64,000 nt of DNA from an uncultured Oscillospiraceae bacterium (lineage in GTDB: Bacteria > Bacillota > Clostridia > Oscillospirales > Oscillospiraceae). This document shows positions 36,066-43,501 of the stretch, one piece after another. The notes beneath the pieces are model-generated. The model had not been told where the DNA came from and searched no databases. It was given only the letters and a program-made list of their open reading frames with translations. Position 1 is the stretch's first letter; every line of letters begins with the position of its first letter. The stretch lies in assembly GCA_964387095.1 (NCBI GenBank), contig CAYLVH010000001.1, forward strand, positions 1,103 to 65,102, read 5' to 3'. The translations under genes were made by a program, and so were the position numbers.

Positions 36066-37934
36066 TTATCTGGAGCGGTACATGGCCCGCATGGCGTTCA
36101 GGATGGCGATCACAGCAACCCCCACGTCCGCGAACACCGCCTCCCACATGTTGGCAACTCCCACTGCACCCAGAAGGAGGAACAGCAGCTTGATTCCCAG
36201 GGCGAAGATGATGTTCTCCCAGGCAATGCGAACCGTTCTCTTGGCAATAGAAACGGCCAAGGGAATTTTAGAGAGCTGATCGTCCATCAGTACCACGTCA
36301 GCGGCTTCGATGGCCGCGTCGGAACCCATGGCACCCATGGCGATGCCCACATCGGCCCGGGTCAGCACCGGAGCGTCGTTGATGCCGTCACCCACAAATG
36401 CCAGCTTTTTGTCCCTGGGCTCCTCCACCAGGAGGGACTCCACCCGGGCCACCTTATCCCCAGGCAGCAGCTCCGCATAAACTTGGTCCATCCCCAGGCT
36501 CTTGGCAACCGCCTCACCCACCTCTCTCCGGTCTCCCGTCAGCATGACCGTCTTGGTAATGCCTGCCGCTTTCAGGCCGGAGATGGCCTCCAGGGCGTCC
36601 TCTTTTATCTCATCCGCAATGACGATACAGCCCAGATAGCTCCCGTCTGCCGCCACATAGACACTGGTGCCAATGGCGGAGCAGGGTTCCATCTTCAGAC
36701 CGGCCTCCTCCATCAGGCCCAGGTTCCCGGCCAGCACCGTCCGACCGTCCACAACGGCACGGACCCCCCGTCCTGCTTGCTCCTCCGCCTTGGCCAGGCG
36801 GGAATAGTCCGGCTTTTCCCGGCAAGCCGCCTCAATGGAGCGGGCAATGGGGTGATTGGAATAATGCTCCGCCAAAGCAGCCAGCTCCAGAAGCTCCCCT
36901 TCAGAGATGCCCTGAGCAGGCAAAACCTGAGTCACGGAGAAGCTGCCCCGGGTCAGGGTACCCGTCTTGTCAAAGACCACCGTATCCAGCTTGGACAGCA
37001 GCTCCATATAGGTGCTGCCCTTCACCAGGATGCCGTTTTTGGACGCCGCACCAATGCCGCCAAAGAAGGACAGAGGCACAGAAATCACCAGGGCGCAGGG
37101 GCAGGAGATGACCAGGAAGATACAGGCCCTCTGAATCCAGACCCCCCACAGGGCGCCTCCCCCCAGCACAAGGGGCGGAACAATAGCCAGAATCACGGCG
37201 ACAATGACCACCGCAGGGGTATAGTAACGGGCGAACCGGGTGATGAAATTCTCTACCCTGCCCTTCTTCTCCGCGGAATTCTCCACCAGCTCCAGAATCT
37301 TGGCCACGGTGGAATCGTCAAACTCCTTGGTGGTGCGCACCCGCAGCACCTCACTGCTGTTGACACAGCCGGAAATCAGCTCATCACCAGGACGGACCAC
37401 ACGGGGCATTGATTCGCCGGTCAGTGCGGAGGTGTCCACCTGAGAGGTGCCCTCCACCACAACACCGTCCAGGGGAATGCGTTCCCCGGGCTTCACCAGG
37501 ATGATGGAGCCAACCTCCACATCCTCCGGATCCACCTGCCGGAGCTCTCCCTCCACTTCCATATTAGCATACTCCGGGCAAATATCCATCAAGTCCGAGA
37601 TGGACTTCCTGGACCTTCCTACCGCGTACCTCTGAAACCATTCTCCAACCTGATAGAACAGCATGACCGCCACAGCTTCGCTATACTCCTGGCAGCCGTA
37701 GGCGCCAATGGTGGCCACCACCATCAAAAACTGCTCATCAAAAATCTGTCTGCGGCCAATGCCTCGGGCCGCTTTGTAAACCACATCCCAGCCCACCACA
37801 GCATAGGGCACCAAAGAGCAGATCAGTTCCGCATACCAGGGCGCCGGAACCAGGTGAAATACCACCAGGAACACGGCATACAGCACTCCGCCGCAGAGAA
37901 TCCGAACCAGCGTTTGCTTCTGTCCCTTTGTCAT
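36066..37934 (-). CDS. heavy-metal translocating P1B-type ATPase (Cd/Zn/Co-type CPC motif), no fused metal-binding domain
   Basis: 622 aa with ISCPCALVISVP, DKTGTLT and GDGINDAP motifs. The N-terminus starts directly with TM helices. Confidence 0.88.
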   Translation of the reverse strand: MTKGQKQTLVRILCGGVLYAVFLVVFHLVPAPWYAELICSLVPYAVVGWDVVYKAARGIGRRQIFDEQFLMVVATIGAYGCQEYSEAVAVMLFYQVGEWFQRYAVGRSRKSISDLMDICPEYANMEVEGELRQVDPEDVEVGSIILVKPGERIPLDGVVVEGTSQVDTSALTGESMPRVVRPGDELISGCVNSSEVLRVRTTKEFDDSTVAKILELVENSAEKKGRVENFITRFARYYTPAVVIVAVILAIVPPLVLGGGALWGVWIQRACIFLVISCPCALVISVPLSFFGGIGAASKNGILVKGSTYMELLSKLDTVVFDKTGTLTRGSFSVTQVLPAQGISEGELLELAALAEHYSNHPIARSIEAACREKPDYSRLAKAEEQAGRGVRAVVDGRTVLAGNLGLMEEAGLKMEPCSAIGTSVYVAADGSYLGCIVIADEIKEDALEAISGLKAAGITKTVMLTGDRREVGEAVAKSLGMDQVYAELLPGDKVARVESLLVEEPRDKKLAFVGDGINDAPVLTRADVGIAMGAMGSDAAIEAADVVLMDDQLSKIPLAVSIAKRTVRIAWENIIFALGIKLLFLLLGAVGVANMWEAVFADVGVAVIAILNAMRAMYRSR

Positions 37935-37953
37935 ATTTCTCCCTTCTCTAAAA

Positions 37954-38172
37954 TCAAATCAAAATCCGGCAGTCAGGCTCCACCTTCTTGCAGACCTGCA
38001 TGCAATCCCGCAGGATCTCATCAAACCGGGCATCATCAGCTTCCAGCGTCAGCTTTTGGGTCATAAAGCTGACAGAGGCATCCTTCACGCCCGGGATCTT
38101 CTTAATGGAGGCCTCCATTTTAGCGGCGCAATTCGCGCAGTCCAGATTCATCATCTTAAATTTCTTTTTCAT
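37954..38172 (-). CDS. heavy-metal-associated (HMA) domain metallochaperone
   Basis: 72 aa, MNLDCANCAAKME with a CxxC metal site and a ferredoxin-like fold pattern. AAGGAGG lies upstream. Confidence 0.8.
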   Translation of the reverse strand: MKKKFKMMNLDCANCAAKMEASIKKIPGVKDASVSFMTQKLTLEADDARFDEILRDCMQVCKKVEPDCRILI

Positions 38173-38204
38173 AATAAGCTCCTCCTTAATTTAATTATAT
38201 TTAT

Positions 38205-38226
38205 CATATGAGCATTTGTTCATATG
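38205..38226. promoter_or_regulatory. 10-2-10 inverted repeat CATATGAGCA-TT-TGTTCATATG, an ArsR/SmtB (CzrA-like) type operator
   Basis: The arms match at 9 of 10 positions. It lies immediately downstream of the -10 box of the metallochaperone/ATPase promoter. Confidence 0.55.
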
Positions 38227-38229
38227 TTG

Positions 38230-38257
38230 ATTATAGCAGACTTTTATCGTTTGTCAA
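38230..38257 (-). promoter_or_regulatory. promoter TTGACA-16-TATAAT of the HMA/ATPase operon
   Basis: On the minus strand TTGACA is at 38257-38252 and TATAAT at 38235-38230. Confidence 0.6.
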
Positions 38258-38293
38258 CAGGGAAATCCAGATTTTGAAGAAATAGATTGTCCT

Positions 38294-38321
38294 TTTTCAC
38301 TCATTGACAATTTCGGGCGAA
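38294..38321 (+). promoter_or_regulatory. promoter TTGACA-16-TATAAT of the EIIC-like gene
   Basis: TTGACA at 38294-38299 and TATAAT at 38316-38321. Confidence 0.6.
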
Positions 38322-38340
38322 TTGGTATAATACTACATAG

Positions 38341-38374
38341 TGTCATGACAGTTAGGTTGACAACTAAGTTGACA
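38341..38374 (+). repeat. TGTCATGACA palindrome followed by (T)TGACA repeated three times with exact 12-nt spacing, in the 5' UTR
   Basis: TGACA occurs at 38346-38350, 38358-38362 and 38370-38374. The first copy is part of the 10-nt palindrome 38341-38350. Confidence 0.6.
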
Positions 38375-38407
38375 TCCCCATGTTAATGTGAGAGAAAAGA
38401 GGTACTT

Positions 38408-39466
38408 ATGTCTAAATTCAAAGAATTTTTAAAGCGGAAGGACATTGTCATTTCCGCCCGCCGGTATGGTGTGGACGCCCTGGGTGCAATGGCTCAGGGG
38501 CTGTTCTGCTCCCTGCTCATCGGCACCATTATCAACACCATCGGCCAACAATTTAACATTGAATATTTAGAGACCATCGGCAGTTACGCCACCGCCATGT
38601 CCGGCCCCGCCATGGCGGTCGCCATCGGCTATGCGCTGAACTGCCCGCCCCTGGTCCTGTTCTCCCTGGTGGCTGTGGGCTCTGCCGCCAACGGGTTGGG
38701 CGGGGCAGGCGGCCCGCTGGCCGTTTTGGTCATTGCCATCCTGGCCGCAGAGTTCGGCAAGGCTGTCTCCAAGGAGACAAAAATCGACATTCTGGTGACC
38801 CCTGCTGTCACCATATTCGCGGGCGTGGCCCTCTCCACTCTCATCGCGCCCCCTATTGGGACCGCCGCAAACTATGTCGGCAAGGTGATCATGTGGGCCA
38901 CGGAGCTGCAGCCCTTCTTCATGGGCATTCTGGTCTCCGTCCTGGTGGGCGTCGCCCTGACCCTCCCCATCTCCTCTGCCGCGATCTGTGCGGCCCTGGG
39001 CCTCACCGGCCTGGCTGGCGGCGCCGCAGTGGCCGGCTGCTGCGCCCAGATGGTGGGCTTCGCCATCATGAGCTTCCGGGAGAACCGCTGGGGCGGCCTC
39101 ATTAGCCAGGGCCTGGGCACCTCCATGTTGCAGATGGGCAACATTGTCAAGAACCCCCGCATCTGGATTCCCTCCACCCTGACCTCCGCCATCACCGGCC
39201 CCCTGGCAACTTGCCTGTTCAAGCTAAACATGAATGGTCCACCGGTTTCCTCCGGCATGGGCACCTGCGGCCTGGTGGGCCAGATCGGCGTCTACACCGG
39301 CTGGGTGTCCGACGTCGCCCAGGGAACTAAGGCCGCCATCACCGCCTTCGACTGGATTGGTTTGATCCTGATCTGCTTCATTCTGCCCGGGGTCCTGACC
39401 TGGCTGTTCGGCCTCTTCTTCCGCAAGATCGGCTGGATCAAAGAGGGCGATCTGAAACTGAACTGA
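38408..39466 (+). CDS. PTS EIIC-like polytopic membrane protein (PfoR / COG3641 type)
   Basis: 352 aa, MSKFKEFLKRKDIVISARRYGVDALGAMAQGLFCSLLIGTI..., about 10 hydrophobic helices, with no EIIA/EIIB gene nearby. Confidence 0.65.
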   Translation: MSKFKEFLKRKDIVISARRYGVDALGAMAQGLFCSLLIGTIINTIGQQFNIEYLETIGSYATAMSGPAMAVAIGYALNCPPLVLFSLVAVGSAANGLGGAGGPLAVLVIAILAAEFGKAVSKETKIDILVTPAVTIFAGVALSTLIAPPIGTAANYVGKVIMWATELQPFFMGILVSVLVGVALTLPISSAAICAALGLTGLAGGAAVAGCCAQMVGFAIMSFRENRWGGLISQGLGTSMLQMGNIVKNPRIWIPSTLTSAITGPLATCLFKLNMNGPPVSSGMGTCGLVGQIGVYTGWVSDVAQGTKAAITAFDWIGLILICFILPGVLTWLFGLFFRKIGWIKEGDLKLN

Positions 39467-39486
39467 CTTCTCCATTTAGCCAAAAA

Positions 39487-39517
39487 AGCGCCTGCACAGC
39501 AATCTTGTGCAGGCGCT
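39487..39517. terminator. bidirectional terminator between the EIIC-like gene and tatD
   Basis: 12-bp stem AGCGCCTGCACA / TGTGCAGGCGCT preceded by an A6 run. Confidence 0.8.
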
Positions 39518-39529
39518 CTCCCGTTCTAT

Positions 39530-40300
39530 TTACTCAATTCCAAAGAACCGCTTTCCGTTTTCGGTGGTGATCCGCTCCACCTCTTCCACCGGAATCCCTT
39601 TGATCTCCGCAATCTTTGCCGCAACCAGAGGCAGCATCCGGCTGTCATTGCGTTTTCCGCGATAGGGCACCGGGGCGAGATAGGGGGAATCCGTCTCCAA
39701 CATCAGGCGCTCCAGGGGAATCTCACGGATGACCTCCGGGGCCTTTCGGGCGTTTTTAAAGGTGATGACGCCGTTGAAGGAGAGCATCCAGCCCAGCCGT
39801 AGCAGCAGCTTGGCATCCTCCAGGCTGCCGCCGTAGCAGTGGAACACCCCCCGCACCTGGGGAAACTCCCGGACGATCTGCAAGCTGTCGTGATGGGCGT
39901 CCCGGTCATGGATGATGACGGGAAGGTTCAGCCGCTGAGCCGTAGCCAACTGCTTCCGCAGCATCTCCCGCTGGTGGACTCGGCCCTCCTGGGACTCCTC
40001 CCAGTAATAGTCCAAGCCGATCTCCCCCAGGGCCTTCACCTTGGGGTGGGCAGCCAGGGCCTCGATCTCCGCCAGCGCCCCGTCCCCAAGCCCAGTACAA
40101 TTTTCCGGGTGGATGCCCACGGCGGCATAGACGAAGCTGTACCGCTCCGCCAACCCAATGGCCTCCCGGGAGCTTTCCACATCGCAGCCAGGATTGACAA
40201 TCAGACCTATGCCGTGGCACGCCATGTCCTGTAAAACCTCGTCCCGATCCGCATCAAATTTTTTATCGTCATAATGGGCGTGGGTATCAAAAAGCATCAA
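39530..40300 (-). CDS. tatD: TatD-family metal-dependent hydrolase
   Basis: 256 aa, MLFDTHAHYDD...GEIGLDYYW...HDRDAH...ETDSPYL. It lies 25 nt downstream of metG, as in the Bacillus metS-yabD arrangement. Confidence 0.88.
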   Translation of the reverse strand: MMLFDTHAHYDDKKFDADRDEVLQDMACHGIGLIVNPGCDVESSREAIGLAERYSFVYAAVGIHPENCTGLGDGALAEIEALAAHPKVKALGEIGLDYYWEESQEGRVHQREMLRKQLATAQRLNLPVIIHDRDAHHDSLQIVREFPQVRGVFHCYGGSLEDAKLLLRLGWMLSFNGVITFKNARKAPEVIREIPLERLMLETDSPYLAPVPYRGKRNDSRMLPLVAAKIAEIKGIPVEEVERITTENGKRFFGIE

Positions 40301-40325
40301 AATTTCTCCTTAAAAAGGGCGAAAA

Positions 40326-42284
40326 TCAGCACAGCTTTGCGCCGGCAGGAATCTTGTCATCCACCATAATCAGGTTCAGCTTCTCCTCGCCCTTCTCCTT
40401 GTGAACCGCCGAGATCAACATGCCGTTGGACTCCAGGCCCATCATCTTCCGGGGAGGCAGGTTGACAATGGCCATCAGGGTCTTGCCCACCAGTTCTTCC
40501 GGCTTGTAGTAGGCGGCGATGCCGGATAGGATCTGGCGGTCGGTGCCGGTGCCGTCGTCCAGGATAAAACGCAGCAGCTTCTTACTCTTCTTGACAGGCT
40601 GGCAATCCTTGACCTTCACGGCCCGCAGATCGCTCTTGCAGAAGGTATCAAAGTCCACCTTCTCTTCCAGCTGGGGTTCCAGCTCCAGAGGGGGCATCGC
40701 AGCCTTCTTCTTTGCCTCTTCCAGGGCGTTGATCTCTGCCATCTTCTTTTCCATATCCAGACGGGCGAAAAGGATCTCCGCGGTGCCCAGCTCAGCGCCG
40801 GGAATCATCCCGTCGAAGGAGGTCAGGGACTCCACGCCGCCATTGGCCACGTTCAGCTGAGCCAGCATCTTGTCCGAGGTCTCAGGAAGATAGGGCTTGA
40901 GCATAATGGCGGCGAAGCGAATGGCCTCCAGCAGGTTGTAAAGGACGGTGCCAAGGCGGGCCTTCTGGCTCTCGTCCTTTGCCAACGCCCAGGGAGCAGT
41001 CTCGTCGATATACTTGTTGGCCCGGCGGAGCAGGACAAAAATCTCATCAATGGCGTCCGCCACCTTCAGACCCGCCATCTTCTTCTCCACCTTTCCGGGC
41101 AGAGCCAGGGCAATTTCCTTCAGCTCCTCATCCACTTCCTCCAGCTGGGTGGGCGCCTGCACAATGCCGCCGAAATACTTCTGATCCATGGCGATGGTGC
41201 GGTTTACCAGGTTCCCCAGGATGTTTGCCAGCTCCGCATTGATGCGCTCAATGATCAGCTCATAGGTCATGACGCCGTCGTTGGCAAAGGGGATCTCATG
41301 CAGGACGAAATAGCGGACCGCGTCCACGCCAAATAGCTCCACCAGATCGTCGGCATAGATCACGTTGCCCACAGACTTGGACATTTTGCCGTTCCCCACC
41401 AATAGCCAGGGGTGTCCAAACACCTGCTTGGGCAGGGGCTCGTCCAACGCCATCAGGAAAATGGGCCAGTAAATGGTGTGGAAACGGATAATATCCTTCC
41501 CAATCAGATGCAGGTCGGCGGGCCAGAACTTCTTATAGTGCTCATCATGGTTGCCGTCGGGATCATAGCCGCAGAAGGTGATATAGTTGCTCAGGGCGTC
41601 CAGCCAGACATAGACCACATGCCCCGGATCAAACTCCACCGGAATACCCCAGGTAAAGCTGGTGCGGGACACACACAGGTCCTGCAGGCCGGGCTTCAGG
41701 AAGTTATTGACCATTTCGTTTTTCCGGGACTCGGGCTGAATGAACTCCGGGTGGTCCTGGATGTGCTTCATCAGGCGGTCCGCATATTTGCTCATACGGA
41801 AGAAGTAAGCCTCCTCCTCCGCGTCCTTGACCTCACGGCCACAGTCGGGGCACTTGCCGTCCACCAGCTGGCTCTCCGTCCAGAAGGACTCGCAGGGGGT
41901 GCAGTATTTGCCCACATACTTGCCCTTGTAAATATCCCCTTTGTCATACATCTTCTTGAAGATCTGCCGGACCTTCTTCACATGCATCGGGTCGGTGGTG
42001 CGGACAAACTTATCATAGGTGGTGTTCATCAGGTCCCAAATCCGACGGATCTCGCCGGAGATTTTATCCACATACTCCTGGGGGGTGACGCCGGCAGCCT
42101 CGGCCTTTTCCTGAATCTTCTGGCCGTGCTCATCGGTGCCGGTTTGAAAATATACGTCATAGCCTGTCATTCGCTTATAGCGGGCAATGGCATCTGCCAG
42201 CACAATCTCATAGGTATTGCCGATATGGGGCTTGCCAGAGGTATAGGTGATGGCGGTTGAAATATAATAGGGCTTCTTTTCCAT
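40326..42284 (-). CDS. metG: methionine--tRNA ligase with C-terminal tRNA-binding (EMAP-like) domain
   Basis: ORF track 40326..42392; the start is ATG 42284 (MEKKPYYISTAITYTSGKPHIGN), 7 nt after AGGAGGAG. KMSKS is present, and the zinc knuckle is CTPCESF...CPDCG. Confidence 0.92.
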   Translation of the reverse strand: MEKKPYYISTAITYTSGKPHIGNTYEIVLADAIARYKRMTGYDVYFQTGTDEHGQKIQEKAEAAGVTPQEYVDKISGEIRRIWDLMNTTYDKFVRTTDPMHVKKVRQIFKKMYDKGDIYKGKYVGKYCTPCESFWTESQLVDGKCPDCGREVKDAEEEAYFFRMSKYADRLMKHIQDHPEFIQPESRKNEMVNNFLKPGLQDLCVSRTSFTWGIPVEFDPGHVVYVWLDALSNYITFCGYDPDGNHDEHYKKFWPADLHLIGKDIIRFHTIYWPIFLMALDEPLPKQVFGHPWLLVGNGKMSKSVGNVIYADDLVELFGVDAVRYFVLHEIPFANDGVMTYELIIERINAELANILGNLVNRTIAMDQKYFGGIVQAPTQLEEVDEELKEIALALPGKVEKKMAGLKVADAIDEIFVLLRRANKYIDETAPWALAKDESQKARLGTVLYNLLEAIRFAAIMLKPYLPETSDKMLAQLNVANGGVESLTSFDGMIPGAELGTAEILFARLDMEKKMAEINALEEAKKKAAMPPLELEPQLEEKVDFDTFCKSDLRAVKVKDCQPVKKSKKLLRFILDDGTGTDRQILSGIAAYYKPEELVGKTLMAIVNLPPRKMMGLESNGMLISAVHKEKGEEKLNLIMVDDKIPAGAKLC

Positions 42285-42363
42285 AGTTCTCCTCCTGTTT
42301 CTTGCGCCCCGAATGGAAGGGCACTGGAACTTCTCCTGCATCCAATGGTGATACAGTTCTTTC

Positions 42364-42392
42364 ATTATAGTACACAGGCAAAGGATTTTCAA
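42364..42392 (-). promoter_or_regulatory. promoter TTGAAA-17-TATAAT for metG
   Basis: On the minus strand TTGAAA is at 42392-42387 and TATAAT at 42369-42364. No T-box sequence follows it. Confidence 0.6.
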
Positions 42393-42448
42393 GGCAAGGA
42401 GTCCCTTCCATTGGAAATTTCGCCTGGAATTCCCTGAACCGACAAAAT

Positions 42449-42474
42449 CCCCGGACTGGATTTGCAGTCCGGGG
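42449..42474 (-). terminator. terminator downstream of the small membrane ORF
   Basis: CCCCGGACTG / CAGTCCGGGG stem, followed on the minus strand by ATTTTGT. Confidence 0.7.
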
Positions 42475-42502
42475 GAAACAGATTCTTTACTTATCCCAGG
42501 GA

Positions 42503-42775
42503 TTATTCTGAACTCTGGGGGCGTCTGCGTCCTGGGGAGGCAGATTCCAAGGCTCCCTGCCAGTGGCAGCCCGTGGGAGCTTGGCTGGAGCCACCGTCAG
42601 AGCGTTTCCGAAGCTTCCTGCTGCGCACCAGGATCACAATCAGAAATACAATTGCCACAGGCAACGACAGCAACAGGCCTAAAATGGCGCCGGAGACAGC
42701 GCAGGCGGCAAAACCGATCCAAGCCAGAGCCTTCCGCTTCTTCACCAGGCCCACGATCAGGGGGATCAAACCCAT
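42503..42775 (-). CDS. small two-helix membrane protein, hypothetical
   Basis: 90 aa with two hydrophobic helices (LIPLIVGLV, AILGLLLSLPVAIVFLIVILV) and its own terminator, but a weak RBS. Confidence 0.45.
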   Translation of the reverse strand: MGLIPLIVGLVKKRKALAWIGFAACAVSGAILGLLLSLPVAIVFLIVILVRSRKLRKRSDGGSSQAPTGCHWQGALESASPGRRRPQSSE

Positions 42776-42903
42776 CAGCAGGCCAAACTAATATTCCCTT
42801 TGATCCACCTACGTCATGCAGTCCATATCATAAACAATCTGGCCATTCTGCTCAAACGTATAGTAAAGACAGAAATAGGGGGATTTGGTTGATCGTCTCT
42901 ATA

Positions 42904-43323
42904 TTAGGAATCCTGCATGACCACAGAGTCTGCCTCAGCGATCGACTCCACTGTAAAGTCAAAAACCGCTTCCAATTCGTTTTCACTCAACCCGGCAAAA
43001 TTAAGATAAGGATAATCACCGGAGTAGAATGTCCCCTCAAAGGAGGACAGCAGGATTTGGTAGCTGGCGGCCTCGTCAAGCATCAGAAGACAAGCGGAAT
43101 TTTCATCCATGCACTCCTCCATGTACTCATAATCAAGATCGTAATCATCACATAGCGGATCATCCTGTTCCATGTCCCGGGTAAAAACGGACAGTTCATC
43201 CGGCACTGTACAGCTAAAGCCGTCCTCCTCAAAGGTATAGGTTTCGCCCGCCGCAGCGACGGGTACAACAGCAAATCCAGCCACCATCAGGGCTGTAGCT
43301 GCTGCGGCAATCTGTTTTTTCAC
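42904..43323 (-). CDS. secreted hypothetical protein (139 aa, acidic)
   Basis: It has an N-terminal signal peptide, MKKQIAAAATALMVAGFAVVPVAAAGE. GGAGGGAAG lies upstream. Confidence 0.6.
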   Translation of the reverse strand: MKKQIAAAATALMVAGFAVVPVAAAGETYTFEEDGFSCTVPDELSVFTRDMEQDDPLCDDYDLDYEYMEECMDENSACLLMLDEAASYQILLSSFEGTFYSGDYPYLNFAGLSENELEAVFDFTVESIAEADSVVMQDS

Positions 43324-43419
43324 AGGGGCTTCCCTCCGTTTCTCTTTTGCTATAATTATACAAATACATTTCTCGTTAGTTCAAGTTTGCCGGAAAAATC
43401 CAAAGGATTTCGGAACCAT

Positions 43420-43448
43420 TTGACATCCCTTCAAACTTCCGCTATGAT
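43420..43448 (+). promoter_or_regulatory. promoter TTGACA-17-TATGAT for the topoisomerase B-subunit gene
   Basis: TTGACA at 43420-43425 and TATGAT at 43443-43448. Confidence 0.65.
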
Positions 43449-43501
43449 ATAATTTAAACTGTAATTTGTCCATTTCAAAAAACATTGAGGAACAACAATT
43501 T

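Noticed and set aside
35999-36279. C-terminal extension of the DUF3006 ORF (track ORF 35716..36279)
   Set aside because: It runs through a strong bidirectional terminator and into the antisense of the P-type ATPase. The family-like C-terminus and stop are in the +1 frame at 35996-35998.
36021-37412. 463-aa plus-strand ORF opposite the P-type ATPase
   Set aside because: It is a shadow frame of a gene that carries the CPC, DKTGT and GDGINDAP motifs, and it has no RBS.
42285-42400. A T-box or other riboswitch upstream of metG
   Set aside because: There is no GGTGGTACC-type T-box sequence and no leader terminator. The leader is only ~70 nt.
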